Shown here piece after piece: positions 1 to 8,775 of a DNA stretch of 64,000 nt. Where the stretch lies: positions 11,197 to 75,196 of the forward strand of contig JBIQKC010000009.1 of assembly GCA_044506885.1 (NCBI GenBank). Direction: 5' to 3'. A program made the translations under genes and the position numbers. Numbering within the stretch: position 1 is the stretch's first letter; each line of letters starts with the position of its first letter. The notes beneath the pieces are model-generated. The model saw only the letters and a list, made by a program, of their open reading frames with translations. It ran no database searches and was not told where the DNA came from. The DNA comes from Sphingomonadales bacterium. GTDB lineage: Bacteria > Pseudomonadota > Alphaproteobacteria > Sphingomonadales > Sphingomonadaceae.

Positions 1-90
1 CCGCTTCCCCGAATGCGGGGCTACCGCCACGGACGGCGTCTGAGCCAGCTCAGAAGCACCGACGATCCCGTTGATCGCCGTCGCGGCCGC

Positions 91-586
91 TCATATGCGC
101 GCGCCGCTGTCCGGGGTCGGCTGCGTGCCCTCGCCGGGCACGGAATCAAGCTGGATTGCGATCAGAACCGGCAGCTGCATGTCCTTGGGCGGCCCCCCGT
201 CGCCTGCGCCCGACGATCAGCGCGCGTAGGTCGGCATTCGGCTCCTCATGCGCGAAGGGCGTGAAATCGATCCGCGACACGGTTCCGTCGCCGGCGATCC
301 CCAGCTTCAGCACCAGCGGCGCCGTGCGCGCCGTCGGACTTGCACGGGTCGCATCGAGGTAGGCGCGCAGGCGGGCGGCACGTTCATCCTCGCCCTCGAG
401 CCAGGACCTGATCGTGACCGTCGCGCCCTCGGCATAGCGCACCCACTCGACGGGGCCTGCGACGGGGGTCTGCGACGGCGGCGTTTGTGCGGCGACCGAT
501 CCGGTCGATGCGGAACCGATGCCCGCGACCGCAGCGACGCGGCTCAAGAACCGCCCGAAGGCCGAGACCAGAACCCTGCTGTTCAT
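91..586 (-). pseudogene. Probable exported protein, apparently frameshifted near the C-terminus
   Basis: Signal-peptide-like N-terminus. The ORF turns low-complexity after ...LIVGRR at a G-run (~193-200), while the shifted frame reads a plausible GPPKDMQLPVLIAIQLD... ending at TGA 93-91. Confidence 0.45.
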
Positions 587-858
587 GACATTGCTCCCAT
601 GGCGAGCATCCAGACCATCGCCAAGCCGCAGAGCAGCACCCGCCAGAACCAGAGTTGAGCCTCGGTGACCGGCAGCGACCGCTTGAACGCCCGTCGCCGC
701 CTCGCGTCAGTCGACGCCGCTCGGTGACTTGCCGCCATCGCCGACCGCCAGGCGGCCAGCTCCCCGCGGAGGACTCTCAGCCGCCCCGTCAGGCCGGGTG
801 CGCGTCGCACGACCGGCACGCTCTCAATCATTGGCATGCCAAATCCCTTCACTGGCAC
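583..858 (-). CDS. Small hypothetical membrane protein
   Basis: C-terminal hydrophobic helix; ATGA overlap with the downstream gene; start uncertain. Confidence 0.45.
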   Translation of the reverse strand: MPVKGFGMPMIESVPVVRRAPGLTGRLRVLRGELAAWRSAMAASHRAASTDARRRRAFKRSLPVTEAQLWFWRVLLCGLAMVWMLAMGAMS

Positions 859-1021
859 TCGCCCGGGCGTCGGCGGGAAACGACCGCAGCGTGAACCCGT
901 CCATGCAGGAGTCGACCACGTGGGCCGCCTCGCGATAAAGAACGCCGATCACGAACAGCGCGATCAGCGTGGTGAGGAAGACGCCGAGGGCGAAGCAGAT
1001 CAATCCGACGATGACGACCAT
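824..1021 (-). CDS. Small hypothetical membrane protein
   Basis: N-terminal TM helix; AGGAGG RBS upstream of the ATG. Confidence 0.5.
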   Translation of the reverse strand: MVVIVGLICFALGVFLTTLIALFVIGVLYREAAHVVDSCMDGFTLRSFPADARASASEGIWHAND

Positions 1022-1048
1022 GACGCCGCCCTCCTTTCCATCGCAGCC

Positions 1049-1177
1049 TTATTGCCCGGCCGGTGCCGCGGCCGCATCCTGCGGCAGCCGCTCGCGCTCG
1101 AAGCTGATCGTCTGGATGCGGCCGTCGAGCGCGCGCACGTCGGCGGCCAGATCGTTCGCGAAATTACCGCCCAGCGC
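1049..1177 (-). pseudogene. 3' remnant of a 5'-truncated gene
   Basis: GC-rich coding-like frame (GNFANDLAADVRALDGRIQTISFERE) that switches to lower-GC sequence at ~1178. Confidence 0.3.
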
Positions 1178-1318
1178 TGAAGTGCGGTGGATTGCAATGG
1201 AGGCGCTAGAAAGCATATAAGTCTCTTGTGTCTGGAGACAGGCACACGACTCATCCATGGAGGGAACGGTCGGCTTGGATTGCGCTTTGGCGTGGTCGAG
1301 CTTTCGTTCCTTCAAGCG

Positions 1319-1349
1319 AAGCCGCCTCGCGAAAGCGTTGGCGGTTTTT
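1319..1349 (+). terminator. Intrinsic terminator-like hairpin upstream of the methyltransferase
   Basis: GCCGCC-TCGC-GAAA-GCG-TT-GGCGGT followed by a T run. Confidence 0.5.
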
Positions 1350-1365
1350 GTTTGGATGGGTCGAT

Positions 1366-2832
1366 ATGGGAACGAAGAGACGACTGGAACGAGACCAGGC
1401 TTTCAAGAGCCAGAAGCTGACGAAGACGGCGCAGCGGCGGCGTAAGTTCGAAGCTACACGAGAGATCTCCGAACGGGTTGGCACCAATCGCAGAAATGAC
1501 CTCCTGCCAGAATTGCGGTTGGAGCACGTTACCCTCTCAGGGCTGCGCTCGTCACCGCACCGCTCGCGGCGGTCGACGGCAGACCATGTCGGGCGGCTGA
1601 TGGCATCGATTTCCGATCTCGGATTTACCGTGCCAATCCTGGTACGCGATACCGAAATTGTTGACGGTCACGTCCGTGTCGAAGCTGCCACGCGCTTAGG
1701 CTTGGACCGCGTTCCTGCCATTGAGATCAGCCATCTCTCGCCTGCGGAAATCCGCAAGCTGAGGCTCACGCTCAATCGCACGGCGGAAATGGGCGAATGG
1801 GATCTGGATCAGTTGCGTGTCGAGGTTGCGGATCTGATCGACCTCGATGTCGACCTGTCCTCGACCGGTTTCAGTGTCCAGGAACTGGATATCATCCTGC
1901 TCGACGAGGACGATGGGGGCAGCGAAGAAGCCGGCGATCAGCTTCCCGAGGCCGACGGACCTCCGGTTACGCGCACGGGTGATCTGTGGCTGCTGGGCGA
2001 TCATCGGATCATCTGCGGCAACGCGCTGGATTCCGATGTTCATGCCATGTTGCTCGATGGACGAGCTGTCCATTTGGTCCTGACCGACCCGCCTTATAAC
2101 GTCTCCATCCCCGGCAATGTCAGCGGCCTTGGCAAGCAGAAGCATGCCGATTTCGCGATGGCATCAGGCGAGATGAACGATGCGGAATGGCAGGCCTTCC
2201 TTGACAGGGTCCTGATGCTGCTTGCGGCACCGCTCATCGAGGGCGGCATTATTTTCGCTTTCATGGATTGGCGATCGATCCACCGCCTCTACACGGCTGG
2301 TTTCGCGGCCGGGCTCAACCTCGTCAATCTGGTCGTCTGGTACAAGGAAGCCGGCGCCATGGGCGGCCTCTATCGTTCGGCGCACGAACTGATCGCGCTC
2401 TTCTGCAAGGGCAAGGTCCCCCGGACCAACAATGTCGAGCTTGGCCGGCATGGACGCAACCGCAACAATGTGTGGATTGCGCCAGGCGCCAACAGGCGTG
2501 GTTCCTCCGCCAACCAGATGCTGGAGTTCCATGCCACGCCCAAACCCGTGGAATTGTGCGTCGACGCCATTCTCGACGTCAGCCAGCGCGGGGACACTGT
2601 CCTTGATATCTTCCTCGGCAGCGGAACGACCCTGATCGCAGCGGAAAAGACAGGCCGCGCCTGCTGCGGCATCGAGATCGAACCGCGCTTCGTGGATGTC
2701 GTTATCCGTCGCTGGGAGCAACTGACCGGCCAGGAGGCGATTCTCGCGGAGACCGATGAGACATTCGCGCGGGTGAGTGAAGTCCGGAAACAGGCGGCCG
2801 CCGATCAGCGGGTGGAGGCCAGCCATGACTGA
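1366..2832 (+). CDS. ParB-like N-terminal domain plus N6-adenine/N4-cytosine DNA methyltransferase (beta class)
   Basis: GFTVPILV..IVDGHVRVEAA (ParB-like), TDPPY, HATPKP, VLDIFLGSGTTLIAAE; start placed at ATG 1366. Confidence 0.9.
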   Translation: MGTKRRLERDQAFKSQKLTKTAQRRRKFEATREISERVGTNRRNDLLPELRLEHVTLSGLRSSPHRSRRSTADHVGRLMASISDLGFTVPILVRDTEIVDGHVRVEAATRLGLDRVPAIEISHLSPAEIRKLRLTLNRTAEMGEWDLDQLRVEVADLIDLDVDLSSTGFSVQELDIILLDEDDGGSEEAGDQLPEADGPPVTRTGDLWLLGDHRIICGNALDSDVHAMLLDGRAVHLVLTDPPYNVSIPGNVSGLGKQKHADFAMASGEMNDAEWQAFLDRVLMLLAAPLIEGGIIFAFMDWRSIHRLYTAGFAAGLNLVNLVVWYKEAGAMGGLYRSAHELIALFCKGKVPRTNNVELGRHGRNRNNVWIAPGANRRGSSANQMLEFHATPKPVELCVDAILDVSQRGDTVLDIFLGSGTTLIAAEKTGRACCGIEIEPRFVDVVIRRWEQLTGQEAILAETDETFARVSEVRKQAAADQRVEASHD

Positions 2833-3235
2833 CGACGAATTCCCGCCCGATGCGGAGAACCAGGAGGCCTCTTATGAGGTAGGTTACCGCAAGCCTCCCA
2901 GGCACAGCCAGTTTAAAGCAGGCAACAGGCACGGGAAAGGACGGCCGCGCGGATCCCGGAACATGAAGTCCATCGTGCGCGATGTCCTCGAAGACAAGGT
3001 TCCGGTGAAAATCAACGGTAAAACCCGCAAGGTGTCGCCCGTCGAACTCGGCCTGCGGCAATTGGTCAGGAAGGCCAATGCGGGTGACCTTAAGGCCATC
3101 TCTCAGGTCCTGACGCTCGGTGAGCGCTACAGTCCCCCTGATGACGATGGGCCCATCCCCGAGGAGGAGACCGCCTACGACCTTGATACGATAAAACACT
3201 ATTTGCTGATGCAGGGGGATTTTGGCGATGAATGA
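2825..3235 (+). CDS. DUF5681 protein (terminase small subunit-like)
   Basis: YEVGYRKPP..SQFKAG..GRPRGSRN motif; sits between the methyltransferase and the terminase with overlapping junctions. Confidence 0.8.
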   Translation: MTDDEFPPDAENQEASYEVGYRKPPRHSQFKAGNRHGKGRPRGSRNMKSIVRDVLEDKVPVKINGKTRKVSPVELGLRQLVRKANAGDLKAISQVLTLGERYSPPDDDGPIPEEETAYDLDTIKHYLLMQGDFGDE

Positions 3236-4670
3236 TCAGACGCTCATGGCACTCGATCCCCGCCGGATCGCGGCCACTGCTCGTGCGCTGGCCCGCGAAG
3301 ATCTCAGCGTGTTCGTGCAGGGAGCGTTCCGTATCCTGCATAACGAAGAACTTCTTCGCAACTGGCACGTCGATGCCATATGTCATGAACTGATGCGGCT
3401 GGCTGAAGGCGACAACCGGCGCCTCCTCATTACGATGCCCCCACGCACAATGAAGAGCTTTATTAGCAGTGTGTGCTTTCCCGCATGGCTTTTGGGGCGT
3501 AATCCCGGGGAAAAGATCATCTGCGTGTCCTATGCGCATGATCTGTCCAAAGACTTCGCGGCCCAGACCCGCAAGTTGATGGAATCCGATTGGTATCGGC
3601 GCATCTTTCCAGACACCCATATCGATCGCAAACGGGCCAGTCTGGATAAGTTGACCACGACACGCGGGGGCTACCGCTATGCCACCTCCACAGGCGGAAC
3701 GCTGACAGGGCGAGGCGGCGCATTCATCATTATTGACGATCCCATAAAGGCCGCCGATGCCCATTCGGAAACGATGCGTGAAAACGCCGTCAAGTGGTTC
3801 AAAAGCACGGTCCTAAGTCGCCTCAACAACCCGAAGAAGGGCAAGATCGCGGTCATAGCCCAGCGTCTCCACATGGAAGACTTACCCGGTCAGCTGATTG
3901 CTCACGGTGGTTGGCATGAACTCCGCTTACCGCTCATCGCCGACAGGGATCTTGAAATCTCAGTGTCGCAGAGCGCCTACATCGATTTCTACGCCGGGCA
4001 GATCCTCCATGAAGCACGGTTTGACGAGGAAGAAATCGCCCAGCTTCGGGCACTCATGGGAGAGCGGGATTTCGAGGCTCAGTATAATCAGCGCCCGATG
4101 CCACCGGGTGGCGCCCTGTTCAAACTGCAGTGGCTCTCACGCTATGATGAGCGGCCACCGACGCACAAGGTGCAGGGCATATTCCAGTCCTAGGATACCG
4201 CCTATGATATTCAGGACAGCAACGATTACAGCGTGTGCACGACATGGGCGCTTTCGGGGAAGAATTGCTATCTTCTGGACGTCCATCGGGAGCGCCTGGA
4301 ATTTTATGCGCTCGAAAAAGCTGTCTACGCCCAGCGGGAAAAATGGAAAGCTGATCTCGTGATCGTGGAATGGGCCGGATCGGGGGTCAGCCTTTACCAG
4401 AACATACATAACAATGCCGGACATCGATGGATCGATCTGAAGAAACCGGTAGGCTCCAAGGAAGACAGGGCATCCCAGCAATCGCCGAAGTTCGAACGTG
4501 GAGAAATCTGGGTTCCCCGCGAAGCTCCCTGGCTCCAGACCTTCGAGGACGAACTTGCCAGCTTCCCGCATGGCAAGCACGACGATCAGGTCGATAGTGT
4601 GGTCCAGTTCCTGGCCGCTTTCGATACGGGTCAATTGCTCCGGCTGGCCAATCAGGCCCGGCGGCGCTGA
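3228..4670 (+). pseudogene. Phage terminase large subunit with an in-frame amber stop at 4191-4193
   Basis: ATPase motifs ITMPPRTMKS and IIIDDP; YNQRP; nuclease motif QS*DTA (W to stop); HDDQVD. ORFs 3222-4193 and 4233-4670 are in the same frame. Confidence 0.88.
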
Positions 4671-4685
4671 TATCCGGACGGATCA

Positions 4686-5786
4686 TTATCGGATATGATC
4701 CAGCACCCTCGCGATCCATTGCTCCACCGCCGCGGCAACGGATGGCTGGGCCAAAAGGGCGACGGAAAAGGCGGGATAGCCTTTCGTGTTCATCATCTTG
4801 AGAGGGCCGACGATTTCGACGAGCTGGTCGAGCAGGCCCATGCGGACACTCTCGTCCTGCAGCCCTTCACGCGCGTGGATGAAGCGCAGCGTGAACGAGA
4901 GATGGGCGTCTTTCCAGAGGTGGAACGGATAGAGAATCTTGCCGTCATCGCCCACGAAACTCGCGTAAATCGAGCCCTGCGAGGAATGGATGCCTACTGC
5001 GCCACCAAGGCGCTCGATCATGGACATGTAGACGTTCGCGCCCGAGATAACGTCGACCCCCATCGCGGCCAGATTCCTCTCCAGCCATTCCGGCGGCGAA
5101 ACCGGTTCCAGCGTTGCCGAAGCGCGTTTGGCAGCCGCCGCGCGTTCCGTTTCGCCGATCACCCTCGGGCTGAGCGTTATGGCGCCGTTGCCTCCCGCAA
5201 ACCATCGCAGTTCCACGGCCCGAACATCGGCGCGCATCTGATCATTGAGGAACTCGACGATCCGGGCAAGCTCCCGGGGTATCTGGTCGGCAACGAACAC
5301 GAGCTTGATGCGCCCCGCCTTGAAATTGGCATCGACCTGTTCCCAGAATCGATCGGGATCCTCGTCACCCAGAAATGCCCGCAAAAGTTCTTCCGGCTCC
5401 TGCTCCGCCTGCAGGGCCGTTTGCGCAAAGCTGTCGGCGATCCTGCCGGTTTGCCAATAGGCAGTGGCGTTGGCGGCATAATCCAGCATCTGACCTATGA
5501 CCTCCCGCCGCAGTCGCGTGTCGACCGCACGCTTGAGTTCGACGAGAACCGGCACGGCGTCGCGAGTGACGAAGAGGTGGTCCAGCGACCATCGGCCATA
5601 CCCCGTATCACTGTCCGTGATAGCCTGTTCGCGGCGGATCAGCAGGAGTTCCCCATCGCCATCGCTGATCAGATCAGGATATCGCGCGACCAGCATCTGC
5701 ATATGATCTTCGTTTTCCGGCGCGGATGGCCGCATGCGCTGGAGCTCGCCATCGGCGCCCACCATGTAGAGCGAGCTAGGCATCAT
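4686..5786 (-). CDS. PD-(D/E)xK (NucS/EndoMS-like) putative endonuclease
   Basis: ENEDHMQ...SLDHLFV...VLVELKR...REVIGQMLDYA pattern. Confidence 0.7.
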   Translation of the reverse strand: MMPSSLYMVGADGELQRMRPSAPENEDHMQMLVARYPDLISDGDGELLLIRREQAITDSDTGYGRWSLDHLFVTRDAVPVLVELKRAVDTRLRREVIGQMLDYAANATAYWQTGRIADSFAQTALQAEQEPEELLRAFLGDEDPDRFWEQVDANFKAGRIKLVFVADQIPRELARIVEFLNDQMRADVRAVELRWFAGGNGAITLSPRVIGETERAAAAKRASATLEPVSPPEWLERNLAAMGVDVISGANVYMSMIERLGGAVGIHSSQGSIYASFVGDDGKILYPFHLWKDAHLSFTLRFIHAREGLQDESVRMGLLDQLVEIVGPLKMMNTKGYPAFSVALLAQPSVAAAVEQWIARVLDHIR

Positions 5787-6637
5787 TCGGCCTGCCTCCA
5801 TTCCTCGCGATATTCGCCGACAACCCAGATGAAGCTCTGCAGATCGATATTGTCCCGGGGATTCAGCATCAGGGTGTTTCCGCGGGTTGTCTCCGTGAGA
5901 TCTAGCAGGCTCGAATAGACGGCAGGATCGAGCGCCGGCTGATAGTCATGGACGAACGGATGCCCGACGCGCGCGGCGAAATCACCGGTGACAACCGGTT
6001 TCAGGAACATGTGCTCTTCCGGACGCCAAAGGAACGGCAGATAGGTCACCACCGTCCATTTGGCGCAGTCATGCCGGGCCAGCACGGCGTTCATCGTTGC
6101 CAGCGCTTGTTCGATGTCACCTGTCGTGAACCGCGCCGCCGCCTGCACAAATATATCGGCATCAGGTCCGCGCAGCAGCGGTTGTAACCTGGTCTTCTCA
6201 TAAGGAGACAGGAGGTTTGTCCCCCGGAAGGCGGCCAGCACCGCCTCGCCATAGCCGGTTCCCGTCCGCGCCTTATCCAGCGGCGCCTGTTCATCGAGCC
6301 TGCGTTTGGCCTCAAGCTTGTAAGCGCGTTCGCTCTTGTCGAAATGCGCGGACTGGAAGCCATCGGGGAAGAAACTACGGAAGCGGGTCAGCGCCCCCTC
6401 AAACCCGAAGTAAGCGTCGCTGCTCTTGCCGACGAGCACTTTCAGCTCTCGCCATACCGCATCGGGATCCTCGCCATCGATACGCGCCTTCTGCTGGCCT
6501 GCCGTTATCAGCAGGCCAGCGAACGTCTTGCTGACGGCGACCAGCCGGAGGGTGTGCTTCCCGATTGTGTCGGTGCGAATGGTCCGGGGGACCCCGTCCG
6601 CAGATGCGACGGTCGCGCTATCATCATGTGCTGCCAT
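5783..6637 (-). CDS. Hypothetical protein translationally coupled to the nuclease gene
   Basis: 284 aa, globular; KWTVVTYLPFLW..HMFLKP and DNIDLQSFIW motifs; ATGA overlap. Confidence 0.75.
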   Translation of the reverse strand: MAAHDDSATVASADGVPRTIRTDTIGKHTLRLVAVSKTFAGLLITAGQQKARIDGEDPDAVWRELKVLVGKSSDAYFGFEGALTRFRSFFPDGFQSAHFDKSERAYKLEAKRRLDEQAPLDKARTGTGYGEAVLAAFRGTNLLSPYEKTRLQPLLRGPDADIFVQAAARFTTGDIEQALATMNAVLARHDCAKWTVVTYLPFLWRPEEHMFLKPVVTGDFAARVGHPFVHDYQPALDPAVYSSLLDLTETTRGNTLMLNPRDNIDLQSFIWVVGEYREEWRQAE

Positions 6638-6704
6638 ATTTACCTCGTGTCGACGAACAGTGACGGTGATTGACGCTTGTTCACCCCAGCGAAGTCAAGC
6701 ACGA

Positions 6705-6739
6705 ATGTCACTGATCGTCTGTAGATTGATCGTCGACAT
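6705..6739 (+). promoter_or_regulatory. C-box double operator
   Basis: ATGT-CACT-GAT-CGTC-TGTA-GATT-GAT-CGTC-GACAT, a 35-bp layout like the C.Esp1396I operator, 18 nt before the GTG. Confidence 0.75.
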
Positions 6740-6757
6740 GAGCGGCACCGTTTCGCC

Positions 6758-6961
6758 GTGGATGTCACGCAGCGCCTTGCCCGTAATCTTCGTCGCCTGC
6801 GCCAGCAGAAAGGCTGGTCGCAGGAGGAGTTTGCGTTCCGCGCGGATATTCATCGTACCTATGTCAGCGATCTGGAGCGCGGCGCGCGCAATCCCACGAT
6901 CACCGTCGTTGACAGGCTCGCGACGGCATTGGACGTCAGGCTGGGTGAACTTCTGGATTGA
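6758..6961 (+). CDS. RM controller (C) protein, XRE-family HTH
   Basis: SQEEFA..IHRTYVSDLERGARNPT; upstream C-box. Confidence 0.85.
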   Translation: MDVTQRLARNLRRLRQQKGWSQEEFAFRADIHRTYVSDLERGARNPTITVVDRLATALDVRLGELLD

Positions 6962-7063
6962 ACGCAGGAACTCCGGTTGTGCACCGGTAGAGAGGCCGTC
7001 GCGACTCGACTGCGAACAAAATGTGAACTACACCCGGATGAGCTCTTGCAGAAAGGGACGAAA

Positions 7064-7080
7064 TACGACACTGTGTCGTA
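7064..7080. promoter_or_regulatory. Perfect palindrome, putative methyltransferase autorepression operator
   Basis: TACGACAC-T-GTGTCGTA, 18 nt upstream of the ATG. Confidence 0.6.
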
Positions 7081-7098
7081 AATTGTCCTAGAGGGTAT

Positions 7099-8319
7099 AT
7101 GCTCAACGAATTTGCTGCTCTTCGTGTTCGCGCCGGCCTGTCCACAGAGGATCTGGCGCTAATGACCGGCTATAGTGTCCGGCAGGTGCAGCGCTGGGAA
7201 GCTGGTCATGGCACTCCACGGGAAGCCGCTGTCGCTTTACTGCGGTCGATGGCCCATGCCGTTCCCGGGGAGACAGGGGGGCGCTTCAATTTCATCGATC
7301 TGTTCGCCGGCATCGGGGGCATTCGCAAAGGTTTCGATGCGATTGGCGGGCACTGCGTTTTCACCTCTGAGTGGAATAAATTCGCCCAGCAGACGTATGC
7401 GGCTAATTTCCGTGACAATCATCCGCCGCACGGCGATATCACGACCATCGGCATAGATGAGATTCCGGATCATGATGTCCTGTTGGCCGGTTTCCCCTGC
7501 CAGCCTTTCTCAATTGCGGGCGTGTCCAAAAAGAACTCGCTGGGACGCAAGCATGGCTTCCTGGACGAGACCCAGGGAACGCTGTTCTTTGATGTCGCAC
7601 GCATATTGAAAGCGAAGCGGCCGGCGGCTTTTCTGCTGGAGAACGTCAAGAATTTGACCAGCCACGACAAGGGGCGCACCTTTCAGATCATATTGAAAAC
7701 ACTGACCGAAGAGCTTGGTTACAAGGTCTGGCACAAAGTAATCGACGCGCAGCATTTCGTGCCGCAGCACCGCGAACGGATTGTCATCGTCGGGTTTCGC
7801 GAGAATGTGCCGTTCAGCTGGGATGACCTGAAACTCCCGGCCAAAGGCAGTGTTCGGCTTAGAAGCGTCCTGCATCCCGAAAACGGATCCGAGACAGCGG
7901 AGGCGCCTTACACGCTCGGCCCTGATGCCGTCGTGAATGGCAAATACACGCTGACGGACAAACTCTGGCAATATCTTCAGGACTATGCCGACAAGCATAA
8001 GGCCGCCGGCAACGGGTTTGGCTTCGGTTTGGTCACGCCTAATGACGTCGCCCGCACATTGTCTGCCCGCTACTATAAGGACGGATCAGAAATCCTCGTC
8101 AGTCAGGGCAAAAAGCGTAATCCCCGTCGCCTGACGCCGCGCGAATGCGCGCGTCTGATGGGCTATGGCGATGACTTTCGTATCCCGGTCTCCGACACGC
8201 AGGCCTATAAGCAGTTCGGCAATTCAGTGGCCGTGCCTGTCTTTGAAGCGGTTGCCCGGATCATGCAGCCGCATATTCAGGCACTGACGGAGCCTGCGCG
8301 CCGACGCGAAGCTGCCTGA
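7099..8319 (+). CDS. dcm: DNA (cytosine-5)-methyltransferase, Dcm/M.EcoRII-like, with N-terminal HTH
   Basis: [47 protein letters not shown]. Confidence 0.95.
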   Translation: MLNEFAALRVRAGLSTEDLALMTGYSVRQVQRWEAGHGTPREAAVALLRSMAHAVPGETGGRFNFIDLFAGIGGIRKGFDAIGGHCVFTSEWNKFAQQTYAANFRDNHPPHGDITTIGIDEIPDHDVLLAGFPCQPFSIAGVSKKNSLGRKHGFLDETQGTLFFDVARILKAKRPAAFLLENVKNLTSHDKGRTFQIILKTLTEELGYKVWHKVIDAQHFVPQHRERIVIVGFRENVPFSWDDLKLPAKGSVRLRSVLHPENGSETAEAPYTLGPDAVVNGKYTLTDKLWQYLQDYADKHKAAGNGFGFGLVTPNDVARTLSARYYKDGSEILVSQGKKRNPRRLTPRECARLMGYGDDFRIPVSDTQAYKQFGNSVAVPVFEAVARIMQPHIQALTEPARRREAA

Positions 8320-8322
8320 GGT

Positions 8323-8775
8323 GTGGCAGACGTCCACGATACCGCGACCCGCAGCCGGAATATGGCTGCCATCAAAGGCAGCCATACAAAACCCGAACTG
8401 CTGATCCGCAGGGCTCTGCATGCTGCCGGTCTGCGCTATCGCCTGCATGCAAAGGATTTGCCGGGTAAGCCTGACCTCATCTTCCCGCGTCACAGGGCGG
8501 TAGTTTTTGTGCATGGCTGCTTTTGGCATCAGCATGACTGCCATCTGTTCAGATGGCCGGCGACGCGCACTGAGTTCTGGCGCGAGAAGATCGGCCGCAA
8601 TGTCGTCAATGATGAGCGTGCTGCCCAGTCATTGCTCGAAAACGGCTGGCGCGTCGCGCATGTCTGGGAATGCGCACTGAAAGGTCGGACCAGACTGAAC
8701 TTCGCTGACGCTATGCAACGTCTGGTCACCTGGATAGGATCGGACGAACTGACGATCACGATCAGGGGGGAATAG
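8323..8775 (+). CDS. vsr: Very short patch repair endonuclease
   Basis: RSRNMAAIK..TKPE..LPGKPD..FVHGCFWHQH..VWECAL. Confidence 0.95.
   Translation: MADVHDTATRSRNMAAIKGSHTKPELLIRRALHAAGLRYRLHAKDLPGKPDLIFPRHRAVVFVHGCFWHQHDCHLFRWPATRTEFWREKIGRNVVNDERAAQSLLENGWRVAHVWECALKGRTRLNFADAMQRLVTWIGSDELTITIRGE

Noticed and set aside
1366..4670. Intact prophage
   Set aside because: No portal, capsid, tail or lysis genes in the window, and the terminase is interrupted
4695..5918. 407 aa plus-strand ORF
   Set aside because: Antisense shadow of the nuclease gene; no motifs
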